DNA of 29,468 nucleotides from Woeseiaceae bacterium (GTDB taxonomy: Bacteria; Pseudomonadota; Gammaproteobacteria; Steroidobacterales; Woeseiaceae): contig JBFHXQ010000001.1 of the NCBI GenBank assembly GCA_041598895.1, positions 1 through 29,468 on the forward strand. The letters are read 5' to 3'. The translations under genes and the position numbers were made by a program. This document shows positions 6,429 through 14,164 of this stretch, one piece after another (within the stretch, counting starts at the first letter, position 1; every line of letters begins with the position of its first letter). The notes below the pieces were generated by a model. The model saw only the letters and a program-made list of their open reading frames with translations, did no database searches and was not told the DNA's origin.

Positions 6429-8101
6429 GCGTTTGCCTCTTTTAGTATGTGCCGAGCCGCGAGGTAGCCGAACGCCATTGCGGGACCGAGCGTCGCGCCG
6501 GCGCCGACGTACTTGTCGCCCATGACGGAGGCCGACGTGTTGCCGGTCGCGTACAGGCCGGCAATCGGTTTACCGGACTCGTGCAGGACGCGCGCGTGCT
6601 CGTCGGTCAGGAGCCCACCTTTCGTTCCGATGTCGCCGGGATACAGCGGCAGCGCGTAAAACGGCGCGTCCCCGATACGTGCGATGCACGGATTCGGCGT
6701 GTTGCTCGCGTCGCCGTAATACTGGTCGTAAAAACTGTCGCCGCGATGAAAATCGGTGTCGATGCCGGTTTCGGCGAAGCGGTTGTTGCGCTCGATCGTG
6801 TCGTTGAGGCCTGCGGCATCGATGCCCGCGCGCGCGGCAAGCTCGTCCAGTGTAGCCGCTTTGAGCAGCAGCTCGCGGACCTTGCGTGGCAGGAAGCGAT
6901 CCGGCGTCGCCCAGCCGGGGCCGAGCGGGCCGAAGGGATACTTCTTGCGGAACGTGGCATCGAACACGACCCAGGACGGTATCGATTCCGCGTCGTACAT
7001 CGCCTTGCCGGATTCGAGGTAGGGCAATGCCTCGTTCGCGAAGCGCCGACCCGCCTTGTTGACGATGACCAGACCGGGCAGCGAACGCTCGGCGAAGATG
7101 CCCATCGGCCGCGGCCATCCCGGCACGTGCACGACCGGTATCCACCATGCGTGCTGCATCAGGTCGGTTGCGGCGCCGAGCTCAGTAGCCGCAGCGATCG
7201 CATCGCCGGTGTTGTTTTCCTGCGATGCCGTCCAGTCCGGCGTCGTCGGCTTTGGCAGCAGGCGCTCGCGCATCGCGGCATTGTGCTCGAAGCCGCCGGC
7301 CGCGAGGATCACGCCGTGCCTCGCAGTTATCTCAACGTTGCGGCCGTCCTTTGCGACGACTGCCCCGGTGACCGTGCCGTCGCGCTCGAGCAGCCGGGTC
7401 ATCGGGCAGTCAAGCCAGAGTTCGCCGCCGAGCTCTTTCAGCGACAGGTACAGGCTGCCGATCAGCGCATTGCCCTGCGTCAGGCGGCGCGAGCGACGGT
7501 CTTTGAGTCGGCCGGGCAGATCGAGGTAATAGGCAATAACGACTTTCAGCAGCGTGAGCCGCCAGCCCGGCGCCTGCGTCAGGAACTTGCGCGCCTCGGG
7601 AATGCTCATCGTGTAACGCCCCTGCGCCATCGCACCCCGCGGCTGCTCGCGCATGCGGTACATGTCGTCCCCGAGCTTCGCACCGTTCAGCACTTTCGGT
7701 GACTGCGTACGGTAGCCCCGTTTCGCGCCGGGCTGCTCCGTGTAATAGTCGGGGTACGGTATCGCTTCGTAACTCACGTGCGTGTTCCGCTGCAGGAATT
7801 CGAGCATCTCGGGCGCCGCGTCGATGAACGCGCGAATGCGCTGATCGGACACCTGCTCACCAATCATCGTCTTCATGTACAGGTAGGCATCGTCGGCAGA
7901 ATCGTCGACGCCGAGCCGCTTCGCGTTCATGCTCGCCGGAATCCAAAGACCCCCGCCGGATATTGCCGACGTGCCGCCATAGCGGTTGCTTTTCTCGACG
8001 ACGAGTACACGCGCACCGGAGTGCGCCGCGGTCACCGCCGCCGTGAGCGCGCCGGCTCCCGAGCCGACGATCAGGACGTCCGTTGCGTAGCTGCCGGTCA
8101 C
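6425..8101 (-). CDS. kstD: FAD-dependent 3-ketosteroid Delta-1-dehydrogenase (KstD)-like oxidoreductase, 558 aa
   Basis: GSGAG FAD loop, GGTSAISGGGLWIP, YPDYY, RFANEALPY, GDIGTKGGLLTD, YVGAGATLGPAM; tyrosines are present in the three motifs that carry the catalytic Tyr residues in KstD; steroid gene context. Confidence 0.8.
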   Translation of the reverse strand: MTGSYATDVLIVGSGAGALTAAVTAAHSGARVLVVEKSNRYGGTSAISGGGLWIPASMNAKRLGVDDSADDAYLYMKTMIGEQVSDQRIRAFIDAAPEMLEFLQRNTHVSYEAIPYPDYYTEQPGAKRGYRTQSPKVLNGAKLGDDMYRMREQPRGAMAQGRYTMSIPEARKFLTQAPGWRLTLLKVVIAYYLDLPGRLKDRRSRRLTQGNALIGSLYLSLKELGGELWLDCPMTRLLERDGTVTGAVVAKDGRNVEITARHGVILAAGGFEHNAAMRERLLPKPTTPDWTASQENNTGDAIAAATELGAATDLMQHAWWIPVVHVPGWPRPMGIFAERSLPGLVIVNKAGRRFANEALPYLESGKAMYDAESIPSWVVFDATFRKKYPFGPLGPGWATPDRFLPRKVRELLLKAATLDELAARAGIDAAGLNDTIERNNRFAETGIDTDFHRGDSFYDQYYGDASNTPNPCIARIGDAPFYALPLYPGDIGTKGGLLTDEHARVLHESGKPIAGLYATGNTSASVMGDKYVGAGATLGPAMAFGYLAARHILKEANA

Positions 8102-8109
8102 GAAAGCGC

Positions 8110-9252
8110 TCAGGCGATGTTGGCGTTGAGAACCGTGCGGGCGTCGGCGCCGATCCGGTCACCGACGGCGAGCGCCGCGTCAGCGGGCGTTCCGAGGTAG
8201 CGCTCGTTGTGCTTGCCCCAGAGGAAATAGCGATGAATCGGATAGGCGATGTCCTGCCCGATACCGCCATGCAGGTGCAGGATGATGTGTGCCGCTCTGT
8301 GGCCCGCCTCGCCGACCCAGAATTTCGCAACGCGCGCCGATAACGCGGCGTCGCGTCCGTGCTCGGTGTCATCGAGCGCGCGCCAGTAGACGCCTCTCAG
8401 GGACTCGATCGCCATGTAGGCGTTCGCCGCCTGCTGCGACACCGCCTGAAATGCGCCCAACGGACGGCCGAACTGCTTGCGCTGCGACACGTACTCCGCC
8501 GTCCGTCGCAGGCCCTCGCTGAGCACGCCGACCTGCAGCGCGCCGAGCGCAATAAAGGCATTCTGTTTTTGCGCCTCGACCAGCGCGCGCGCCGCATCGC
8601 CGCTCGCAATCAGATTCGCCTCCGCCAGCTCGCAGGCCGTGAACTCGACACGGCCGGCCGGCTCGCTGCTCGTCATTCGCTGTGCCGTTACGGTAACGCC
8701 GCTCGTGTCGGCCGGGCAGTGCAGCACGACGAGTTCGCCGTTGTCCGTCGGCGCCGTCACGACGAATCCGCCAGCCGCCGGCGCATAGGGCACGACGCCG
8801 CTGACGCCGTCGAGTGTCCAGCCTGTCCCGCGGCGGGATGCAGCGAGCGCATTCGGGGCAACGACACCGGCAGACGGCCGGACGGGGCAGAGAATCAGCT
8901 CCCCTCTTATTACGCGCGGCAAGACGTCTGCCTTCAGCGCATCGTTCCCGCCGTTGGCCAGCGGCATCGCGCCCTCGACAAGCGCTGCGATGAGCGGCAC
9001 CGGAGCAACGTACCTGCCCTGCAGCTCGAGGATCAGGCACAGCTCCGAGAGCGTCATGCCGAGACCGCCGTATTCCTCGTCAACGACGAGGCCCAGCATT
9101 CCGGAATCGGCCAGCTGCCGCCAGAGCTCACCGTGCATCGGCGCTTCCGATTCATACAGCGCCTTGAGCGCATCGTCGCTGCACAAATCGGCGAACACGC
9201 GCTCGGCGGCGTCGACGATCGCCTGCTGCTCCTCGCTGATGCTGAAGTCCAT
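8110..9252 (-). CDS. fadE27: Acyl-CoA dehydrogenase, non-catalytic partner subunit of a heteromeric steroid ACAD (FadE27/ChsE5-like), 380 aa
   Basis: RKQFGRPLGAFQAV and FWVGEAGHRAAHIILHLHGGIG...YPIHRY; no NxER or MCAD-type EG catalytic Glu visible; GGAGGG RBS; directly downstream of the catalytic subunit. Confidence 0.78.
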   Translation of the reverse strand: MDFSISEEQQAIVDAAERVFADLCSDDALKALYESEAPMHGELWRQLADSGMLGLVVDEEYGGLGMTLSELCLILELQGRYVAPVPLIAALVEGAMPLANGGNDALKADVLPRVIRGELILCPVRPSAGVVAPNALAASRRGTGWTLDGVSGVVPYAPAAGGFVVTAPTDNGELVVLHCPADTSGVTVTAQRMTSSEPAGRVEFTACELAEANLIASGDAARALVEAQKQNAFIALGALQVGVLSEGLRRTAEYVSQRKQFGRPLGAFQAVSQQAANAYMAIESLRGVYWRALDDTEHGRDAALSARVAKFWVGEAGHRAAHIILHLHGGIGQDIAYPIHRYFLWGKHNERYLGTPADAALAVGDRIGADARTVLNANIA

Positions 9253-9266
9253 CGTCGGCCCTCCGC

Positions 9267-10442
9267 TCAGACGATCGTGTTCGGCATGCCGAGGCCGAAA
9301 TTTGCGACCATGCAGCGCATGACTTCCATGACGCCGCCACCGACGGTATTGACCTGGCCGCTTCGGTAGTCGCGCTCGAGATCACCGTGGAATATTGCAC
9401 CGTCGCTCGGGTACTGCACGAGCGCATCTTCGCCGACCAGGTCCAGCAGTCCGCGCAGAACCTCGATCAATTCGAGCGTGTTCTGGAACTTGACGCCCGA
9501 TGCCAGTGCGACGTCGAGATTGCCCTCTTCGATCTGCGTGGCGGTGCGCAGGTTCAAAACCTCCATCGCTTCGAGCCGGCAATACAGCTCACCGACTTGC
9601 GCTCTGACGAGCGGATCCGCGAGTGGGCCGTCGCCAGCTTTGGATTTCCCGTCGAGGAATGCGACAACGCGCCGGAACTGCTTCGCACCGACGACCGTCA
9701 TTGCCGCGAGCGCAACGCGTTCGTGATTGAGCTGCGACGTGATCAGTTTCCAGCCGCCGTTAACCTCGCCGACGACGCGGTTCAGCGGCACCCGGACGTC
9801 TTCGTAATAGGTCATCGTCGTGTCGATGTCGCCGACAGTCCTGATCGGCGCCGACGAAAATCCGGGGTCGCTCGCATCGGCAATCAGTATCGTGATGCCG
9901 TCGGAAGGCCGTTTGACGTCTTTCGAGGTCCTGACCGCGAGCCAGACGTAATCGCAGTCCTGCCCCGAGCTCGTATACAGCTTGTTGCCGTTCACGACGT
10001 AGTGATCGCCGTCGCGCACGGCCGGCATTTTCAGCGAGCCCAGGTCCGTGCCGGCACCGGCCTCCGTATAGCCAACCGCGAAGATGCACTGTCCTCGAGC
10101 GATTTTCGGCAGGAAGAACCGCTTCTGCTCGTCGGTGCCGAAGCGCATTATTGCCGGCCCGACCGTGTTGACCGTGATCAGTGGGAAAGGCGCGTGCGCC
10201 GACCAGGCCTCCTCGAACAGGATGAGCTGCTCGACGGTCGTGTACTCCTTGCCGCCGAATTCCTTCGGCCACCCGAGCGTCAGGATGCCGTCCTGGCCGA
10301 GTCGCGCGATGATCTCGCGGAATTTCGGACCGCCCTCCCGGCCGACCACCTCGGCCACGACGTCGGGCGTCATGAGCGTCTGAAAATAGTCGCGCAGCTC
10401 CAGGCGAAGCTCCCGCTGCGCGGGGCTGAATCGGGTATCCAT
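9267..10442 (-). CDS. fadE26: Acyl-CoA dehydrogenase, catalytic subunit of a heteromeric steroid ACAD (FadE26/ChsE4-like), 391 aa
   Basis: LRLELRDYFQTLMTP, GWPKEFGG, GTDEQKRFFLP, GYTEAGAGTDL, DYVWLAVRT and QLNHERVAL (catalytic Glu). Start moved to ATG 10442. Confidence 0.82.
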   Translation of the reverse strand: MDTRFSPAQRELRLELRDYFQTLMTPDVVAEVVGREGGPKFREIIARLGQDGILTLGWPKEFGGKEYTTVEQLILFEEAWSAHAPFPLITVNTVGPAIMRFGTDEQKRFFLPKIARGQCIFAVGYTEAGAGTDLGSLKMPAVRDGDHYVVNGNKLYTSSGQDCDYVWLAVRTSKDVKRPSDGITILIADASDPGFSSAPIRTVGDIDTTMTYYEDVRVPLNRVVGEVNGGWKLITSQLNHERVALAAMTVVGAKQFRRVVAFLDGKSKAGDGPLADPLVRAQVGELYCRLEAMEVLNLRTATQIEEGNLDVALASGVKFQNTLELIEVLRGLLDLVGEDALVQYPSDGAIFHGDLERDYRSGQVNTVGGGVMEVMRCMVANFGLGMPNTIV

Positions 10443-10474
10443 CGGTCGTCGAGCCTCGGGATTGACGCCAAAAA

Positions 10475-10503
10475 CGAATTTTGCAATTATAATGCAAAAT
10501 TCG
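10475..10503. promoter_or_regulatory. Operator palindrome 2 (CGAATTTTGCA-ATTATAA-TGCAAAATTCG) in the divergent ACAD / DUF35-ltp2 promoter
   Basis: Perfect 11-bp arms with a 7-nt spacer; shares AATTTTGCA-N7-TGCAAAATT with 3207-3235; TATAAT on both strands (+10488-10493, -10486-10491). Confidence 0.88.
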
Positions 10504-10518
10504 CGTGCGAAACACAAC

Positions 10519-10932
10519 ATGGGCAGCCAGACGCCAGGACGCATCCGTCCCGTCGAAAATTACGACTCGCAGCACTACTGGCAGGGTTTGCGCGACGGCA
10601 AGCTCCTTCTGCAGGCGTGCGCGGACTGCGGTGCGCTCCGGCATCCGCCGCAGCCGATGTGCGAACACTGCCAGAGCCTCGACTGGACGACCCTCGAATC
10701 CGCGTGTCGCGGCGCGATTCACAGCTATACCGTCATCTACTACCCGGAGATTCCCCCGTTCGACTACCCGAACGCGATCGTGCTCGTCGACCTCGACGAA
10801 GGCGTGCGCATCGCGTCGCAGCTCGTCAACTGCGATCCGCACGACATCGACATCGGCAAGCGCGTCGTCGCAAACATCGTCGAGGTCGAGCCGGGACTGG
10901 CGCTGCCCCTGTTCGAACTCGTGGATCACTGA
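10519..10932 (+). CDS. Stand-alone DUF35 protein (Zn-ribbon + OB fold), likely aldolase partner, 137 aa
   Basis: CADC...CEHC zinc ribbon, G-x-IHSYTVIY, VLVDLDEGVRIASQL, DIDIGKRV; stop 2 nt before the ltp2 start. Confidence 0.9.
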   Translation: MGSQTPGRIRPVENYDSQHYWQGLRDGKLLLQACADCGALRHPPQPMCEHCQSLDWTTLESACRGAIHSYTVIYYPEIPPFDYPNAIVLVDLDEGVRIASQLVNCDPHDIDIGKRVVANIVEVEPGLALPLFELVDH

Positions 10933-10934
10933 CC

Positions 10935-12116
10935 GTGTCGGCGAGCGGCCACAGGCAGGCGACGATCGTCGGCATCGGCACGACCGAGTATTCGAAGGAC
11001 TCGGGACGCACCGAGATGCGACTTGCCTGCGAGGCGGCGCTGGCAGCCGTCGAAGACGCCGGTCTCGGCGGCGCCGACGTCGACGGCATCGCGACGTTTT
11101 CGATGGACAATAATTTCGAAATAGAGGTGCACCGCCAGATCGGCGGCCGCGAGCTGCGCTACTTTTCGCGCACGGAGTACGGCGGCGGCGCCGCGCTTGG
11201 GCCATTACATCATGCCTACGGCGCGCTGGCGTCAGGTCAGTGCGAGACCGTGCTGATCTACCGGGCAATGAACGAGCGCTCGGGCCTGCGCTTCGGCGGC
11301 GGCCGGATCATGAGTATGAATGCGCTGAACCCGGACATGATCCATTTCAGCCACTATTTTCCGACCGGCTTCATGACGCCCGCGAGCTGGCTTGCAATGA
11401 GCGCGCGACGTTACATGCACCTGTATGGCGCGACGTCGGAAGACTTCGGACGCGTCGCCGTGTCGCTCAGGGATTTCGCGGCGACGAACCCGGCGGCATT
11501 CTACTACCAGCGCCCGATCACGCTCGACGACCATCAACGTTCGCGCATGATCGCGGACCCGCTGCGGCTCTTCGACTGCTGCCAGGAAAGCGACGGCGCC
11601 GTAGCCTTCGTGGTCACGACGGCGGAACGAGCCCGGGATTTGCGAACGGATGGCGTGCGGATAGCTGCCGTACGACAGTGCGCACTGTCCAGCTCACGCC
11701 AGGTCACGGCTTTCTACGGCGAGGATATTTCGCGGTTTCCCGAGTTCGACGCGATGGCCGGCGACCTCTACGCGGCGGCAGACGTCACGGCCGACGACAT
11801 AGACGTCGCGTGCCTGTACGACCACTTCACACCCTCGATTCTCCCGCAGCTCGAGTCGTTCGGCTTCTGCCCGATCGGCGAGGCGAAGGACTTCATCCGC
11901 GACGGACATATCAGCCGCGGCGGCAGGCTTCCGGTCAACACAAACGGCGGCCAGATCGGGGAGGCCTATATTCACGGCCTCAACGGCATCGTCGAGATCG
12001 TGAGACAGTTCCGCGGCGCAGCCTGCAATCAGCTGGACGCGGTCGAGCATGCGCTGGTGACCGCCGGCTCCGGGGTGCCGACCGGTGCCGCGATACTGAG
12101 CCGCCCGGGCCCGTAA
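10935..12116 (+). CDS. ltp2: Thiolase-superfamily steroid side-chain retro-aldolase (Ltp2/Sal-like), 393 aa
   Basis: IVGIGTTEYSKDSGR, YGGGAA in place of the thiolase Cys, YRAMNERSG, PLRLFDCCQESDGA, LYDHFTP and GEAYIHG (both catalytic Tyr), LVTAGSGVPT. GTG start at 10935. Confidence 0.9.
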   Translation: MSASGHRQATIVGIGTTEYSKDSGRTEMRLACEAALAAVEDAGLGGADVDGIATFSMDNNFEIEVHRQIGGRELRYFSRTEYGGGAALGPLHHAYGALASGQCETVLIYRAMNERSGLRFGGGRIMSMNALNPDMIHFSHYFPTGFMTPASWLAMSARRYMHLYGATSEDFGRVAVSLRDFAATNPAAFYYQRPITLDDHQRSRMIADPLRLFDCCQESDGAVAFVVTTAERARDLRTDGVRIAAVRQCALSSSRQVTAFYGEDISRFPEFDAMAGDLYAAADVTADDIDVACLYDHFTPSILPQLESFGFCPIGEAKDFIRDGHISRGGRLPVNTNGGQIGEAYIHGLNGIVEIVRQFRGAACNQLDAVEHALVTAGSGVPTGAAILSRPGP

Positions 12117-12127
12117 GAGGAAACGCC

Positions 12128-13093
12128 GTGCAAGCGCAGTCGCAGCCAGTACAACAGCCGCCCGCATTTCTGAGCACGCTCAGGAACGAACACCGCTATT
12201 TTCAGTCCCTGCTCGACATTTGTCGCGACCACATAGATCGTCTGGCCGCCGGTTCCGACACAGACCTCGACGTACTCGAGGATGCACTGCGTTATCTCGC
12301 AGAGTATCCGGAGGATTACCATCACCCCCGTGAAGACCTGCTGTTCGACCGGCTGCGCTCTGTCGACCGGAGCAGCGGCCCCATTCTCGACAAGCTGCTC
12401 TCCGGTCACGACACCATCCATACGGACAGTAATGACCTGCATCACCTCGTAATGCGGCTCAACAACGGGGAGACGCTGGACCGCTCGCTGCTCGCCGCAA
12501 AACTGGCGCGTTTCGTCGACGGCTACGAAACGCACATGCGCGATGAAAACGAAGTGGTCTTCACTCGCGCAGAACAAGAGCTGGATCCGGAGGACTGGGA
12601 GGACCTGGATGCGGCGCTCGAACACGTCGAGGATCCCCTGTTCGGGACCCGGGTGCGGCGCCGGTACCGGCGCCTCGCTGCGGTTCTCGAAGCCAGGCTC
12701 GGCGTCGCGCGGCGCGATCTGATCATCGCCGAATATCTGAGCCTCGGCGCCGTCGTCGATACGATGATCAAGCTGTCCGAGACCGGCATCAGTATCGGAT
12801 ACGTCGCATTCGACCGCAGCGCCAAGACCTGGCGCGAAAACCTGGCGACGACGCGCAAGGGGCTGGCGTCCGGCCGGGTAACCGATGCAGCAAAACTGCC
12901 GCTGAAGCTTCTGCACAACACGCTCGGCAACATCCGAGGCGGTTTTTCCGACTCCTCGAAGCTCCTGCGCGACGCGGTCACGGACATTCGTACACCGAAC
13001 GACATGCGCCTGGATACGCTCAAGGAGTTACTGCGGGACGAGTGGGGCAGGCGCGAGCCTCGTAAGCGGCGCTCCGCAAAGCAGAACCGGTAG
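12128..13093 (+). CDS. Hemerythrin/HHE-domain protein with a roughly 130-aa C-terminal extension, 321 aa
   Basis: H22, H65-x3-E69 (YHHPRED), H94 and H136-x3-E140 (HMRDE) metal-ligand pattern plus DPLFG; GAGG RBS 7 nt before GTG 12128; 11 nt after the ltp2 stop. Confidence 0.82.
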   Translation: MQAQSQPVQQPPAFLSTLRNEHRYFQSLLDICRDHIDRLAAGSDTDLDVLEDALRYLAEYPEDYHHPREDLLFDRLRSVDRSSGPILDKLLSGHDTIHTDSNDLHHLVMRLNNGETLDRSLLAAKLARFVDGYETHMRDENEVVFTRAEQELDPEDWEDLDAALEHVEDPLFGTRVRRRYRRLAAVLEARLGVARRDLIIAEYLSLGAVVDTMIKLSETGISIGYVAFDRSAKTWRENLATTRKGLASGRVTDAAKLPLKLLHNTLGNIRGGFSDSSKLLRDAVTDIRTPNDMRLDTLKELLRDEWGRREPRKRRSAKQNR

Positions 13094-13096
13094 CCG

Positions 13097-14098
13097 TCAG
13101 CCGGGTTCGGATTCGGCACCGGCCACGGTACGCAAGAGCCCGCGGAATGCGCGCCGCGCAGTGCTCTTGCCCTGCACGACCTGGAATACCTCTGCGGCGA
13201 TCGGCATGTGCACGCCGTGCTTCTCGGCAAGCGCCATGACCGCCGGTGCGCTCTTTACGCCTTCGGCCACCATGAACATGTCCTCGATGATTTCCTCGAT
13301 CGAGCGTCCCCGACCGAGCTCGTAACCGACCGTGCGGTTGCGACTCTGCGCGCTGGTACAGGTCGCAATCAGGTCGCCGGTCCCGGCAAGCCCCGCGAAG
13401 GTCTGCGGCTCGCCGCCCATCGCCACCCCGAGCCGCGTGATTTCCGCGAGCCCGCGCGTGATCACCGCCGAGCGCGTGTTCTCGCCGGCTCCCTGACCGT
13501 CGCCCATGCCCGCCGCGATCGCGATGATGTTTTTTAAAACGCCGCCGAGCTCGCAGCCGATGACGTCGTGATTCGTGTACACGCGAAACAGGCCGCTGTG
13601 AAACAGCTTCTGCAGCTCGGTGACGATGACCTCGTCCTCCATCGCGATAACGCTTGCGGCCGCGAAGCCGGCCATGATTTCCCGCGCCAGGTTAGGCCCG
13701 GTCAGCACGCCCGCAGGGTGGCCGGGCAGTACCTCATTGATGAGCTCCGTCATGCGCTTGCCGGAGCTCAGTTCGAGGCCCTTGCTCAGGCTGATGACGG
13801 GAACCCATGGCCTGATGTGCGGGCGGATCTGCTCGAGTACGCTGCGAAACGACTGCGACGGGATGCCCATTACGATCACGTCCATCGAGGCGACGGTTTC
13901 CTCGATGTCGGACGTTGCCCTGAGGCGTTTCGGCAAATTGGCGCCCGGAAGGTATTTCTCGTTCGTGTGCCGGGAGTTGATCTCGTCGACCGTCGCCGAA
14001 TCTCTTGCCCAAAGCGTGATCGGCGCATTTTTTGCAATTAGCGCCGCCACGGTCGTGCCCCACGATCCGCCGCCGAGCAGCCCTGCCTTAAGGTTCAT
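13097..14098 (-). CDS. gpsA: NAD(P)H-dependent glycerol-3-phosphate dehydrogenase, 333 aa
   Basis: GGGSWGT, SLSKGLE, GPNLARE, ELGGVLKNIIAIAAG, GLAGTGDLIATCTS..SRNR, AEGVKS; GAGGGGG RBS. Confidence 0.96.
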   Translation of the reverse strand: MNLKAGLLGGGSWGTTVAALIAKNAPITLWARDSATVDEINSRHTNEKYLPGANLPKRLRATSDIEETVASMDVIVMGIPSQSFRSVLEQIRPHIRPWVPVISLSKGLELSSGKRMTELINEVLPGHPAGVLTGPNLAREIMAGFAAASVIAMEDEVIVTELQKLFHSGLFRVYTNHDVIGCELGGVLKNIIAIAAGMGDGQGAGENTRSAVITRGLAEITRLGVAMGGEPQTFAGLAGTGDLIATCTSAQSRNRTVGYELGRGRSIEEIIEDMFMVAEGVKSAPAVMALAEKHGVHMPIAAEVFQVVQGKSTARRAFRGLLRTVAGAESEPG

Positions 14099-14164
14099 AT
14101 TGCCCCCTCATCGCCGCACCCAAATTCTTATTTTGCAATCGCTCTGCGGCTTCGCCGAGTTCGG

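Noticed and set aside
9387-10934. 909-aa ORF suggesting a large N-terminal fusion to Ltp2
   Set aside because: The extension is antisense to the ACAD, runs through the operator and overlaps DUF35 in another frame; Ltp2 similarity begins only at about 10935.
11240-12127. 617-aa ORF suggesting a long N-terminal domain on the hemerythrin
   Set aside because: Out-of-frame overlap with ltp2, low-complexity Arg/Pro-rich translation, and a good RBS at GTG 12128.
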